In this document: positions 38,601 through 47,915 of the stretch, piece after piece
Layout of the letters: each line of letters opens with the position of its first letter
How positions within the stretch are numbered: position 1 is the stretch's first letter
Source of the DNA: an uncultured Gammaproteobacteria bacterium
GTDB lineage: Bacteria > Patescibacteriota > Patescibacteriia > Magasanikbacterales > GWA2-37-8
Direction of reading: 5' to 3'
Length of the DNA stretch: 64,000 nucleotides
Assembly (NCBI GenBank): GCA_964510885.1
Contig: CAZEDL010000004.1
Span: forward strand, 3,182 to 67,181
The notes under the pieces: model-generated
What the model saw: the letters and a program-made list of their open reading frames with translations, nothing else
Told to the model about the DNA's origin: nothing
Databases searched by the model: none
Program-made: the position numbers and the translations under genes

Positions 38601-38640
38601 ACCTTCCGAAATTCCGGAACACCTAAAATTATTCACAAAT

Positions 38641-38676
38641 AAAAAATCCCCCGGCGCATGGTCGGGGGATTTTTTC
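38641..38676. terminator. bidirectional intrinsic terminator
   Basis: AAAAAATCCCCCGG...TCGGGGATTTTTT. Confidence 0.7.
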
Positions 38677-38711
38677 TCTTCTAAGAGAACTCTCCTAAAA
38701 TGTTAAACCTC

Positions 38712-39746
38712 CTACCAATCCAGCGTTCCACCCACTTTATATTCCGTCACGCGCGTTTCAAAGAAATTCTTTTCTTTACTCAAATCAATCGCTTCACTCA
38801 TCCACGGGAATGGATTCGGCGTGTTGTACTGAGCCGGCAATCCAATACGAGCCAAGCGGCGATCAGCAATGTGCTCAATGTACTGCTTGAACCCTTCCGC
38901 ATTCATCCCAAAGATCCCTTTCGGGAACACTTCCTGGGCAAACGTATACTCAAGCACCACTGCCTTCTTCACCAGGTCAATAATATGCTGCTGGAACTCA
39001 GCCGTCCATAATTCTGGCTGCTCTTCTTTAATAGTGTTGATCATGTTGATACCGAAATTCAGATGCTGCGATTCGTCACGCATGATGTACTGAATCTGTT
39101 CGGCGCTCCCAATCATTTTATTCAAACGCTGGAATCCAAACATCACCGCAAACGAACTGTAAAAGAAAATTCCTTCCATAATCAGCGAAAACACACACAT
39201 GTTCTCAAGGAACTTCTGATCATTGGCAAAGGTGCCAGTCTTAAAAGTCGGGCTGAAGATACCATCATTGAAACCGAGGATAAATTCATCTTTGTTATAG
39301 ATAGCATCTACCTCTCGATACATGTTGAAGATCTCACTTTCATCCATGCCCAGGCTCTCCACAATATACTGATAGGCATGCGTATGAATAGCTTCTTCAT
39401 ATCCCTGGCGCAACAGATACATGCGACATTCCGGACTCGTCACATGTTTGTAGAACGCGAGCACCACATTATTAGCCGCCATCGAGTCAGCCGTGCTGAA
39501 AAACCCGAGCACCGTTTTCAGCGCTTTACGTTCATCTTCACTCAAAAAGGTTGGTGATTTCCATTGCTCGATATCTTTCTGCATGCTGATTTCAGTCGGT
39601 AGCCAATGATTGGCATTACCAGCATTATACGCATCCCAGGCAAAGATATGTTTCATTGGATAGAGCTGAATCACATCCGCATCCTCCCCATTGATCACGC
39701 GCCGCTTGTTGATATCAACGCGCTGACTGGTTTTTTGAATAGGCAT
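38712..39746 (-). CDS. nrdB: ribonucleotide reductase beta subunit (class Ia)
   Basis: FFSTADS, EEAIHTHAY (radical Tyr retained), EGIFFY, RDESQH, EKNFFETRV. Confidence 0.96.
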   Translation of the reverse strand: MPIQKTSQRVDINKRRVINGEDADVIQLYPMKHIFAWDAYNAGNANHWLPTEISMQKDIEQWKSPTFLSEDERKALKTVLGFFSTADSMAANNVVLAFYKHVTSPECRMYLLRQGYEEAIHTHAYQYIVESLGMDESEIFNMYREVDAIYNKDEFILGFNDGIFSPTFKTGTFANDQKFLENMCVFSLIMEGIFFYSSFAVMFGFQRLNKMIGSAEQIQYIMRDESQHLNFGINMINTIKEEQPELWTAEFQQHIIDLVKKAVVLEYTFAQEVFPKGIFGMNAEGFKQYIEHIADRRLARIGLPAQYNTPNPFPWMSEAIDLSKEKNFFETRVTEYKVGGTLDW

Positions 39747-39766
39747 AGAAGTTTTTTACCGTCACT

Positions 39767-39793
39767 TGTCATTCCCGCGTAGGCGGGAATCCA
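39767..39793. repeat. REP-like palindrome, family A (single copy)
   Basis: TGTCATTCCCGCGTAGGCGGGAATCCA between nrdA and nrdB. Confidence 0.8.
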
Positions 39794-39821
39794 GACAATT
39801 ACCAAATTAAATCACGAACTA

Positions 39822-42668
39822 CTAACTCTGGCACGATTCACACGTCGGATCATTGATAGCACAGGCTTTCATCGTAGCAGCTGAAATCGGAGCAATTGGA
39901 AACGCTGCTGGCGGCTTCACTGGTTGCGGAGCCGGTGCTGCTTGTTCCGTAGCCGCTGGCGCGGAGCCCCCCGGAGCGCGTAGATGGGTCGAGCCAAATT
40001 TAGCCGTATCAACGGTAGATTTTTCTACCTGAGAAGCACCAAGAGTGCGCAGGTAATACGTGGTCTTAAGCCCCAATTCCCAAGCATACATATACACCTC
40101 ACTGAGTTCACGCCCACTTGTGCCATGGAAATAAATATTGAGCGACTGACTCTGGTCAATCCATTTGCCGCGATAGGCTGCCGATTTAATCAGCCAACGT
40201 GGATTAATTTCGAATACTTCTTTATGTTTAGCACGGATATGAGCTGGAATTTCCTGGATATTCGCAATACTACCATCGTGGTATTTAATCTTGCCAAGCA
40301 TTTCGTAATCCCAGAGATTCAATTTTTTCAGATCATCGACAAGGTATGGATTGATGACAATAAAATCTCCGGCCTGATTAGATTTTACATACAAATTCTT
40401 ATAGATCGGCTCAATTGTTGGCAAACAGCCGACGATATTTGCCGTCGTGGCGGTCGGCGCCACAGCCAAACAGTTCGAATTGCGCATGCCATGTTCTTTG
40501 ATTGCAGCGCGCACCACATTCCAATCCATTCGTGCCGTGCGGGCCACATCGATTTTTTCACCCCGTTCCTGTTCGAGCAAATCAAGCGTATCGAGCGGCA
40601 AAATTCCGCGATCCCATTTTGATCCGCGATAGGTTTGGTACGCCCCGCGTTCTTTAGCCAGTTCGGTCGAAGCGAGAATCGCATAGTAAGCAACCGCTTC
40701 CATACTATAGTCAGCGAATTCCACACACCCTTCGGAATCAAAATCAATTCCCATCATATACAGCGCATCCTGAAATCCACGGATACCAAGACCCACCGGG
40801 CGATGACGGAAGTTACTGCGGCGCGTATCTTCGGTCGGATAAAAGTTAATATCAATGACATTATCAAGCATGCGCATCGCGATCGGCACCACTTCTTGTA
40901 CCAATGCAACATCGTATTTACCGTCCTTAACGAACTTGGCAAAGTTAAGTGAACCGAGGTTACACACCGCCGTTTCATCTTCGGAGTTATTAAGCGTAAT
41001 TTCGGTGCAAAGGTTAGAATTGTGCACCACGCCGACATGATCCTGCGGCGAACGCACATTGCTCGGATCTTTGAACGTGATCCACGGATGACCAGTTTCA
41101 AACAGCATCGCCAGCATCTTCTTCCAGAGGTCACGAGCTTTAATTTTTTTGAACAACGTAATCTTGCCTTCGGCAGCCAGCTGCTCGTATTTTACATATT
41201 TCTCATCGAATTTCTTGCCATAGATATGATGCAGATCTGGCGTTTCATCCGGACTAAACAATGTCCAGTCTTCATCCGCACGCACGCGCTTCATGAACAA
41301 ATCTGGAATCCAGTTAGCCGTATCCATATCATGCGTGCGGCGGCGTTCATCACCCGTATTTTTGCGCAGTTCGAGGAACGCTTCGACATCATAATGCCAG
41401 CATTCGAGGTACACACACGCGGCGCCCCGGCGGCGGCCACTGCGGTTGATAGCCACCGTGACATCATTTGCAATTTTGAGGAATGGCACTACCCCCTGGC
41501 TCTCTACACCAGTACCTTTAATATAGGCGCCAGTGCCACGAATATTCGTCCAATCAGTGCCAATACCACCAGACCATTTAGATAGCTGAGCATTGTCGCT
41601 ATAGGTTTTAAAGATATTATCGAGCGAATCGGTAACGGTGTTCAAATAGCACGAAGCCAGCTGCGGTTTGTGCGTGCCAGCGTGGAACAACGTCGGCGTC
41701 GACGGCGTGTACAACAATTTCGACATGATGTCATAAAACGCAATCGTGTGTTCGAGCCGATTTTCTTTTTCAGAAATCGCCGAACCCATCGCAATGCGCA
41801 TCCAGAACATTTGTGGTGTTTCAAGCACGCGCTTGGCATCATGATCACTCAAGAAATAGCGGTCATAAATAGTTTGAAGACCAATATAGGTGAACAAATC
41901 ATCGCGCTCAATTACCAAGGCTTTGGCCAATGTATCGAGGTCAAACGTGAGCATCTTCGGATCAAGCCGTTCAATTTCTACCCCGCGGCGAATATTAGCG
42001 ATAAAGGCGGCACGATACTGCGCTTCGATATTTTTGTAATCAATCACGTCACGACCAATTACTTCTTGGTAGTTGAGAGAAAGGAGTAAACGAGCGGCAA
42101 CTTTTCCATAGGCTGGATCCTGCTCAAGCATCGCGCGAGCGGTCATGATCAAACTGCGAGAAATGTCGGTCGTCTTAATCCCTTCGTATAATTCCGAGCG
42201 CGATTGCTGCAAAATCGCTTCGGCATTTACCGCTGATTCGAGGCCAACCACTGCATAGCTAAGCGATTTGCGTAGTTTATCCATGGAAAACGGTTCCATT
42301 TTGCCCGAACGCTTCGTGATCATGAGTGCATTCTTTTCAATTTTGGCAATCGTGGCACGCTTTTTCTCTTCACGCTCTTTGGCATGTTCGTAGCGGTAGA
42401 GAATGTAGGATTTGGCAATATCAAACAAACCTTCTTGCATCAGCGAGCGCTCTACAAAATCCTGCACCGCTTCCACCGCCGGGGTGGTGTTCTGAAACGA
42501 TTGCTCGAGCTGATCGACCACCATGGTGGTAATAGCTGCAACTTTGGCATCATCCGCCTGGCCGCGCACTTCGATGCACGCTTTGCGGATAGCCGCTGCA
42601 ATTTTATCCGGATCAAAATCAACCACCGATGAATCACGTTTTTTAATTTTTAGTATCGTCGACGACAT
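39822..42668 (-). CDS. nrdA: ribonucleotide reductase alpha subunit with tandem ATP cones
   Basis: IKKRD and ITKRSG cones, PSTPTL, SCYL, NLCTEI, APTAT, TTYYLR, C-terminal CxxC. Confidence 0.97.
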   Translation of the reverse strand: MSSTILKIKKRDSSVVDFDPDKIAAAIRKACIEVRGQADDAKVAAITTMVVDQLEQSFQNTTPAVEAVQDFVERSLMQEGLFDIAKSYILYRYEHAKEREEKKRATIAKIEKNALMITKRSGKMEPFSMDKLRKSLSYAVVGLESAVNAEAILQQSRSELYEGIKTTDISRSLIMTARAMLEQDPAYGKVAARLLLSLNYQEVIGRDVIDYKNIEAQYRAAFIANIRRGVEIERLDPKMLTFDLDTLAKALVIERDDLFTYIGLQTIYDRYFLSDHDAKRVLETPQMFWMRIAMGSAISEKENRLEHTIAFYDIMSKLLYTPSTPTLFHAGTHKPQLASCYLNTVTDSLDNIFKTYSDNAQLSKWSGGIGTDWTNIRGTGAYIKGTGVESQGVVPFLKIANDVTVAINRSGRRRGAACVYLECWHYDVEAFLELRKNTGDERRRTHDMDTANWIPDLFMKRVRADEDWTLFSPDETPDLHHIYGKKFDEKYVKYEQLAAEGKITLFKKIKARDLWKKMLAMLFETGHPWITFKDPSNVRSPQDHVGVVHNSNLCTEITLNNSEDETAVCNLGSLNFAKFVKDGKYDVALVQEVVPIAMRMLDNVIDINFYPTEDTRRSNFRHRPVGLGIRGFQDALYMMGIDFDSEGCVEFADYSMEAVAYYAILASTELAKERGAYQTYRGSKWDRGILPLDTLDLLEQERGEKIDVARTARMDWNVVRAAIKEHGMRNSNCLAVAPTATTANIVGCLPTIEPIYKNLYVKSNQAGDFIVINPYLVDDLKKLNLWDYEMLGKIKYHDGSIANIQEIPAHIRAKHKEVFEINPRWLIKSAAYRGKWIDQSQSLNIYFHGTSGRELSEVYMYAWELGLKTTYYLRTLGASQVEKSTVDTAKFGSTHLRAPGGSAPAATEQAAPAPQPVKPPAAFPIAPISAATMKACAINDPTCESCQS

Positions 42669-42855
42669 ACGATAACACGTTAGTGAAAAAAATCCCCTCG
42701 CTACTTAGATGCTGTTTACAGCAGCGGCACACAGCGGTATCGCGTGAAGTCGAGCACTCTTATGACCAGACAAACAGGTAGATCTAAGACTGCTCCACTA
42801 GGGCGGCACGTAGGCGGCGTAGTAAAAAACAGAAAAGTCCCGGGTGGGACTTAGA

Positions 42856-42920
42856 AGTATAGCACAGCGTAAATACTAGATATAGGGATGTTATCCACAG
42901 TTATACCACAATATGTTGTT
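42856..42920 (-). promoter_or_regulatory. nrdAB promoter with two NrdR boxes and a DnaA box
   Basis: extended -10 TGCTATACT; AATACTAGATATAGGG (42872-42887) and ACCACAATATGTTGTT (42905-42920); TTATCCACA at 42891-42899. Confidence 0.75.
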
Positions 42921-42979
42921 TTTATAGTAAATTTCGGTGTCAGCGCACGCTGACGGAAAAATCCGCCAATAAATCCGGG

Positions 42980-43693
42980 CTATTTGCCCTCTCTGCGCTC
43001 CGAGGCAGCATAAAAATCAAGGGCTTTTTGAAACTCGGCCGGTGAAAAATCGGGCCATAGCGTCTCTGTAAAATACAACCGGGCCTCCGCTACATCCCAC
43101 ATCATGAACCCGGTCGAAAAATGCGGCTCGCCACCGGTGCGGATAACCAGGTCTACTGGGGGGAGATCGCGCGTTGCTAAATATTGTTTGATGGCCTGCT
43201 CCGTAATGGCCGCACGTTCCGCATCTGGCAAAGCTGCAATATGCTTAATCGCCGCTGTCATTTCTGCCGTACCACTATATGCAAGGAGCAAAGTCAAATT
43301 AAATTTCTGATGACTCGCAGTCTTGTCGATAACGGTTTGAATAGCCTTCTGACAGGAGGGCGGAAAATACGTTTTCCACTCCCCGATCACCCGCACTCGC
43401 ACCTCATTATCAAACAAGACTTTAGCCGAAGCCATTTTTTTAAAATACTGCTCAAATAAAGTAAATAAAAATTTCACTTCAAGCGCGCTACGCTTAGTTA
43501 CATTACCAACTGAACAACCCCACACCGTCAGACACGGAATCTTGAGATCAAGCGCGGTTTGCAAAATTGTCTCTACTGCCTTCGCTCCTTCCTGATGCCC
43601 AAAAAAGGCTGGTTTACCAAGCTGCTTGGCCCAACGGCGATTCCCGTCTGGAATAATGGCAATATGGGCAGGAAGCATGTTTTCAGTCACCAT
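42980..43693 (-). CDS. uppS: undecaprenyl/polyprenyl diphosphate synthase
   Basis: HIAIIPDGNRRWA, VDLVIRTGGE, LWPDF. Confidence 0.93.
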   Translation of the reverse strand: MVTENMLPAHIAIIPDGNRRWAKQLGKPAFFGHQEGAKAVETILQTALDLKIPCLTVWGCSVGNVTKRSALEVKFLFTLFEQYFKKMASAKVLFDNEVRVRVIGEWKTYFPPSCQKAIQTVIDKTASHQKFNLTLLLAYSGTAEMTAAIKHIAALPDAERAAITEQAIKQYLATRDLPPVDLVIRTGGEPHFSTGFMMWDVAEARLYFTETLWPDFSPAEFQKALDFYAASERREGK

Positions 43694-43770
43694 AAACAGT
43701 CTCTAAACCTAAAAATAAAGCCCCCTAAAAATAACATAAAAGACTAGAGAGAGCAATCGTTAAGGAAATT

Positions 43771-43904
43771 TGAGCTTGGTGAAAAACTGTCATTCTGAGT
43801 GAAACGAAGAATCCCTTAACGCTAACTTCAGTAGCAATGTTGACTATAAGGGATCCTTCGCTCCGCTAAGGATGATAGGTTACCGTGATTTTTCACCAAG
43901 CTCA
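43771..43904. repeat. REPIN/MITE-like element, family B
   Basis: 16-bp terminal IR TGAGCTTGGTGAAAAA/TTTTTCACCAAGCTCA enclosing paired TGTCATYCTGA..GA.TCCC palindromes. Confidence 0.8.
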
Positions 43905-43975
43905 GGCAATTTACAGATCGCTATTTTTATATTACGTTATAGTTAGTCAAAAATTTATAAAGACTAACCTTTTTT

Positions 43976-44620
43976 ATGAATGATTTTAAAACCAGAGATC
44001 AACTGGCAGTCGCCGCTAGTGGAGCTGGCCAAGAACACGACCCTGAAGAGATGAGCCCGCTTGAAAAACAGCTCTACGGCAAAACTCTAGCTGAAATTCA
44101 AAACGCCCTAGGGCCAGCCGGAAGTATTGGTAAAAATGAAATTTTTGTCGAAACGTATGGGGCAAACGGCAAATTTGAAGCCGCCATCCTGGCGATTGCC
44201 GAAGCGGTGGCTGCCAAAAAACAAGGGCTAGTTCCCGGACCAAAATTTGTGAGCCAATTTTCTGAGCTCGACCTCGAATTTCGTGAAGTGATTGGCGAGG
44301 CCCTGGTTCAGGAACTCGACAATGATCAAATTCTCGAGGGGAAAAACCTAGCCGAACTAACCGACGCCCTCCTGAAGCTTAACGCTCTGCAAAAAGCCCT
44401 GCCTGCTTCCAGAAAGATGCTAAACCAAGGCACGCCGATTGACTTCAAATTCCTACTCGAAAATTACGTAAGAAATATTCCTGGTCTAAAAGCTGAAATC
44501 TCTAATCAAGACCACCTAAACAACATGGCCTACTCGCATCTCCCCCAAATCTTTGGTCTCCGATCTGCCGCCGAAAATCTCGCAGCAGACACTGCCATAT
44601 CTCTTGATAAAGCAGCCTAA
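43976..44620 (+). CDS. hypothetical protein
   Basis: 214-aa helical ORF. Confidence 0.7.
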   Translation: MNDFKTRDQLAVAASGAGQEHDPEEMSPLEKQLYGKTLAEIQNALGPAGSIGKNEIFVETYGANGKFEAAILAIAEAVAAKKQGLVPGPKFVSQFSELDLEFREVIGEALVQELDNDQILEGKNLAELTDALLKLNALQKALPASRKMLNQGTPIDFKFLLENYVRNIPGLKAEISNQDHLNNMAYSHLPQIFGLRSAAENLAADTAISLDKAA

Positions 44621-44682
44621 GAAAAGGCAACAAAAAAACAAGCTTAATAAGAAGCTTGTTTTTTTGTATACGAGTTATCTGT

Positions 44683-44800
44683 GTGGACCAATGGGGACTC
44701 TCAGTCGCTACGCTCCCACAAAAGGGCTTCCGCCCTCTCGTGCGCTCTCCTCAAAAAAGGTGGAAACCTCTCGATTTCCAAACCTTCCCCGTTCGAGTCC
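44683..44800 (-). repeat. tRNA-trailer structured element, copy 3, with duplicated tRNA-Ala 3' end
   Basis: 18-bp direct repeat GTGGACCAATGGGGACTC at 44683-44700 and 44809-44826; shared core. Confidence 0.9.
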
Positions 44801-44809
44801 ATATACTAG

Positions 44810-44882
44810 TGGACCAATGGGGACTCGAACCCCAAACCTTCGCCTTGCAAAGGCGTTGCTCTACCAATTGAGCTATTGGCCC
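44810..44882 (-). tRNA. tRNA-Ala(TGC)
   Basis: GGGCCAA/TTGGTCC acceptor with G3:U70, TGC anticodon. Confidence 0.95.
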
Positions 44883-44980
44883 GTCAATTTATACGGACAC
44901 ATCGTACCAGGTCGTACCATAAAAGTCAATCTAGTGGTATAATTAAGCCAGACTTCATGGCGGCACAAAACTTTTCATAT

Positions 44981-45463
44981 ATGGACCCCATCTTTCTTAA
45001 CACCGAGCTGTGCTACCTCGGCCAAATTTTCCTTGCTCTCGTACTCGGCAGTTTTCTTGGCTGGCAACGCGACCGCTCCGGTAAACCAGCCGGCATTCGC
45101 ACCTACGCGCTAGTAGCAGCCGGCTCTGCCTTTTTCACCTTATTGTCCCTGTATGCCTTTGGCACTGACAGCCCGAGCCGAGTCGCCGCACAAATTCTCG
45201 TCGGTATTGGTTTTATTGGTGCCGGCACCATTTTGCATAAAGCCGATCATATCGAAGGACTCACCACGGCCGCCGGCCTCTGGATCGCCGCCGCCATCGG
45301 CATGGGTGTAGCGGCTGGTTGGTACCTGCTCTCTACCACTACCACCCTCCTCGTTTTTATCTACCTACTCATCGATGAAAAAAAATGGTTCGTGAAAACC
45401 ACTAATACTTCCCTACCAATCAAATCTAACCGTTCAAAAAAAACTAATGAAAAAACGGGTTAA
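44981..45463 (+). CDS. MgtC/SapB family membrane protein
   Basis: KPAGIRTY, RVAAQILVGIGFIGAGTI, GLTTAAGLW; start moved downstream of the tRNA and a TGGTATAAT -10 (44957 is also possible). Confidence 0.9.
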   Translation: MDPIFLNTELCYLGQIFLALVLGSFLGWQRDRSGKPAGIRTYALVAAGSAFFTLLSLYAFGTDSPSRVAAQILVGIGFIGAGTILHKADHIEGLTTAAGLWIAAAIGMGVAAGWYLLSTTTTLLVFIYLLIDEKKWFVKTTNTSLPIKSNRSKKTNEKTG

Positions 45464-45611
45464 CGACCCGTTTTTTATTTTTACAATACCCGCAGTATTT
45501 CACCCGCTGAATTGCACTTTTCATGAAAATGACAACAGCCACTCAACAGCCTGACGCCATTTTCTTCCAGTGCATCGGCCGCTTCATTATTTTTTAAAAT
45601 ACACTATCAAA

Positions 45612-46112
45612 TTACTGCTTCAACCAATACGCCAAGAGTGCCAGAAACCCCGTATACAAAAAATGTATATGCCAGCGCTTTAATAGATTCAAAAAATACA
45701 ATGCCACTACCAACGGTAACGCCACGACCACCAAGGGATTATGCCAAAACCGCCGCCCAGTCGCCCGCCACAGCGCTTCAGCATCACCCGTAGAAGGAAT
45801 CGCATGCAATCCAATCGCAATCGCGAGCCACCCATACACCGCCGTATGATAATCCACATACGGCATTTTTATGCCAGCGAACAGCACCATGGCCACGATA
45901 GTATTCACAATCAACGGGCCGAACGACACCAAGATGTGCTGATAAAAATACTGCGGATCGTCATGCCGCACATACCCAGCCACCTGGCCGAATTGAAATA
46001 ATTTTATTTTGTGGATCTTGACCCCAGAAAGCCAACAAAACAAAGCATGGCCAAGCTCGTGCATGGCCACTCCCGGTGCCGTGATAAGGGCGTATAAATA
46101 GGCAAAAAACAT
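45612..46112 (-). CDS. membrane zinc metalloprotease-like protein (M50-like)
   Basis: HELGH, GP motif, PSTGD. Confidence 0.75.
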   Translation of the reverse strand: MFFAYLYALITAPGVAMHELGHALFCWLSGVKIHKIKLFQFGQVAGYVRHDDPQYFYQHILVSFGPLIVNTIVAMVLFAGIKMPYVDYHTAVYGWLAIAIGLHAIPSTGDAEALWRATGRRFWHNPLVVVALPLVVALYFLNLLKRWHIHFLYTGFLALLAYWLKQ

Positions 46113-46150
46113 ACAAAAAACTTTTTCAACACCTCAGTAATTTAAAATAT

Positions 46151-46257
46151 TGTCATTCCCGCGCAGCAGCGGGAATCCACAATCAAAATGTTCAATTTAT
46201 AATTTGTAATTATTGAACAGTACAGTGCTGGATTCCCGATCTTGGTCAGGAATGACA
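46151..46257. repeat. REP doublet, family A
   Basis: TGTCATTCCCGC..GCGGGAATCCA paired with an inverted TGGATTCCCG..GGAATGACA. Confidence 0.8.
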
Positions 46258-46307
46258 CAAGTTGGTTTTGACATGAGTTCACTGTAACAATAAAATTGCC
46301 TATATTA

Positions 46308-47609
46308 TTAAGTGCTAGACTGTTTTTGATACAAAAAGATGAGTGCGCTCAAAATCCACCACTCCATCGCCAGATCATTTTTAAAATAGGGCACATCAAG
46401 CATACCGTGGACAATAAACGCAACTAAGAGAGCCGATAAACCCGCCCCCAGCACCACTTCCTTCCGCTTATATATTCCATACGCCACGCGGAGCAAATAT
46501 CCATACATCACTACAAATGCCACCATCCCAAACAAGCCAATCTCTGTCCAAAAATTCAACACCACATTATGCGGATAAATAATCCGCTCCATTTGTTTGG
46601 GATTATAAAACGGCTTTTGAATCTTACGAAAAAACTGGCGAATCCCCGTGCCGAGGATAAAATGGCTCGGCGACTCGGTGAGATAATTGATCGAATACGT
46701 CCACAGTCGCACCCGATTACCGCCCGACTGATAATGAATTGGCAGTGCATTTGGGAAAAAAGCGACCATTCCTGCCAGCATCACTGCCAAGGCAGTTACA
46801 GCCAACACTATTTTTTTATAACCGACCAGAAATAAAAATACCATTCCGCCCACCGCCAAAGCCAAAAACCCGCCCTGCGAACGAGTAAACACCGTGGCCA
46901 CCAGCGCCAGTCCAAGTGCTACCCAAAATAATACTCGCACCTGTCGGCTTAACGGCTCAACGGTACTGACTCCTTGCGTTATCTTAAAAAACTTCCGCTG
47001 AATCGAGGGAAACAGCGCGGCTGCAAGCAGCATAACAATCGGCCCCAAGTACAACGTCACCGCATTTGGCGACGTAAAAAAAGCTGTTACCCGGCGCGTC
47101 TCCGGGTTAGTCCATTGTTCCGTAGCAATTCCGAGACCCGTAAACTGCTGCACGATCGCATATATACTAATACTTAATGTTGATAGCACGAGCGCCGTCC
47201 GAAGATCACTCCACGCTAATTTATTTTTTAAACTGATCAAGATAAAAAACAAAACAATTGGCTCCAAAAAATAGGCCCGCCATTGCCCAAGTGACGCAAT
47301 CGCCATATCGCTCACCCAAATACTGCTGGCCGATGAAATCAAAAATAGCAAGATAGCGGTTACAAACACCCGATGTTGCTTACAAAATTTCCACAATTCT
47401 GGCACTACTTCTCGCGCCTGAAAAATAAGCCAGCCGCAGGCAATGCCGCCAAATCCGGCTTCTAGCATTGTCGAAGGCAACGGGCCGAGCTTAAAGCGGA
47501 TTAAATAGGTTGGCAGGCTAATAATAAACAAGCCAATCGCATAAGGCACATGGCGTTTCATGAGCCAAACGAGGAGTAAGAAATAGATTACCAGAAAAGC
47601 TAAAACCAT
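46308..47609 (-). CDS. O-antigen ligase family membrane protein
   Basis: RVTAFFTSPN, TRSQGG, GTG..F, YPHN..LNFW.EIGLFG, HGMLDVPYFKND. Confidence 0.88.
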   Translation of the reverse strand: MVLAFLVIYFLLLVWLMKRHVPYAIGLFIISLPTYLIRFKLGPLPSTMLEAGFGGIACGWLIFQAREVVPELWKFCKQHRVFVTAILLFLISSASSIWVSDMAIASLGQWRAYFLEPIVLFFILISLKNKLAWSDLRTALVLSTLSISIYAIVQQFTGLGIATEQWTNPETRRVTAFFTSPNAVTLYLGPIVMLLAAALFPSIQRKFFKITQGVSTVEPLSRQVRVLFWVALGLALVATVFTRSQGGFLALAVGGMVFLFLVGYKKIVLAVTALAVMLAGMVAFFPNALPIHYQSGGNRVRLWTYSINYLTESPSHFILGTGIRQFFRKIQKPFYNPKQMERIIYPHNVVLNFWTEIGLFGMVAFVVMYGYLLRVAYGIYKRKEVVLGAGLSALLVAFIVHGMLDVPYFKNDLAMEWWILSALIFLYQKQSST

Positions 47610-47688
47610 ATAGATAAAGTTGCTTAACTATAACAAAAGACTAGAAATTGGTCTATAAAAATCACAATAAAACAGGTAATTAATATCA

Positions 47689-47843
47689 GAGCTAGGCGAA
47701 AAATCACCCCCACCTGTCATCCTGAGCGGAGCGAGGGATCCCTTACAGCCAATCTCCCTGGTGAAGTTAGCATTAAGGTATTTTCCTTAAGGTGGCCCTT
47801 TAGGGTTCGTTTCACTTAGAATGACAGTTTTTCACCAAGGTCT
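47689..47843. repeat. REPIN/MITE-like element, family B (inverted relative to 43771)
   Basis: TGTCATCCTGAGCGGAGCGAGGGATCCC ... TTCGTTTCACTTAGAATGACAGTTTTTCACCAAG; spacer matches the reverse complement of the 43813 spacer. Confidence 0.75.
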
Positions 47844-47915
47844 TAATATATCACTTGGATTGACGAAAAGGTCGTAAATTCAGTATTATGCAAGCAAGTT
47901 AAAAGGAGACAAACC

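Noticed and set aside
38712-39746. Class Ic (Chlamydia-type Mn/Fe) R2
   Set aside because: The radical Tyr (HTHAY) and the first Asp ligand are retained, consistent with class Ia.
42700-42850. Cobalamin riboswitch upstream of nrdA
   Set aside because: Only a weak B12-box-like AGTCTTAGATCTACC is present; the GGGAA and GCCACTG core elements are absent.
45482-45600. Short open frame on the minus strand (…EAADALEENGVRLLSGCC…)
   Set aside because: No start codon and no recognisable homology; at most a gene remnant.
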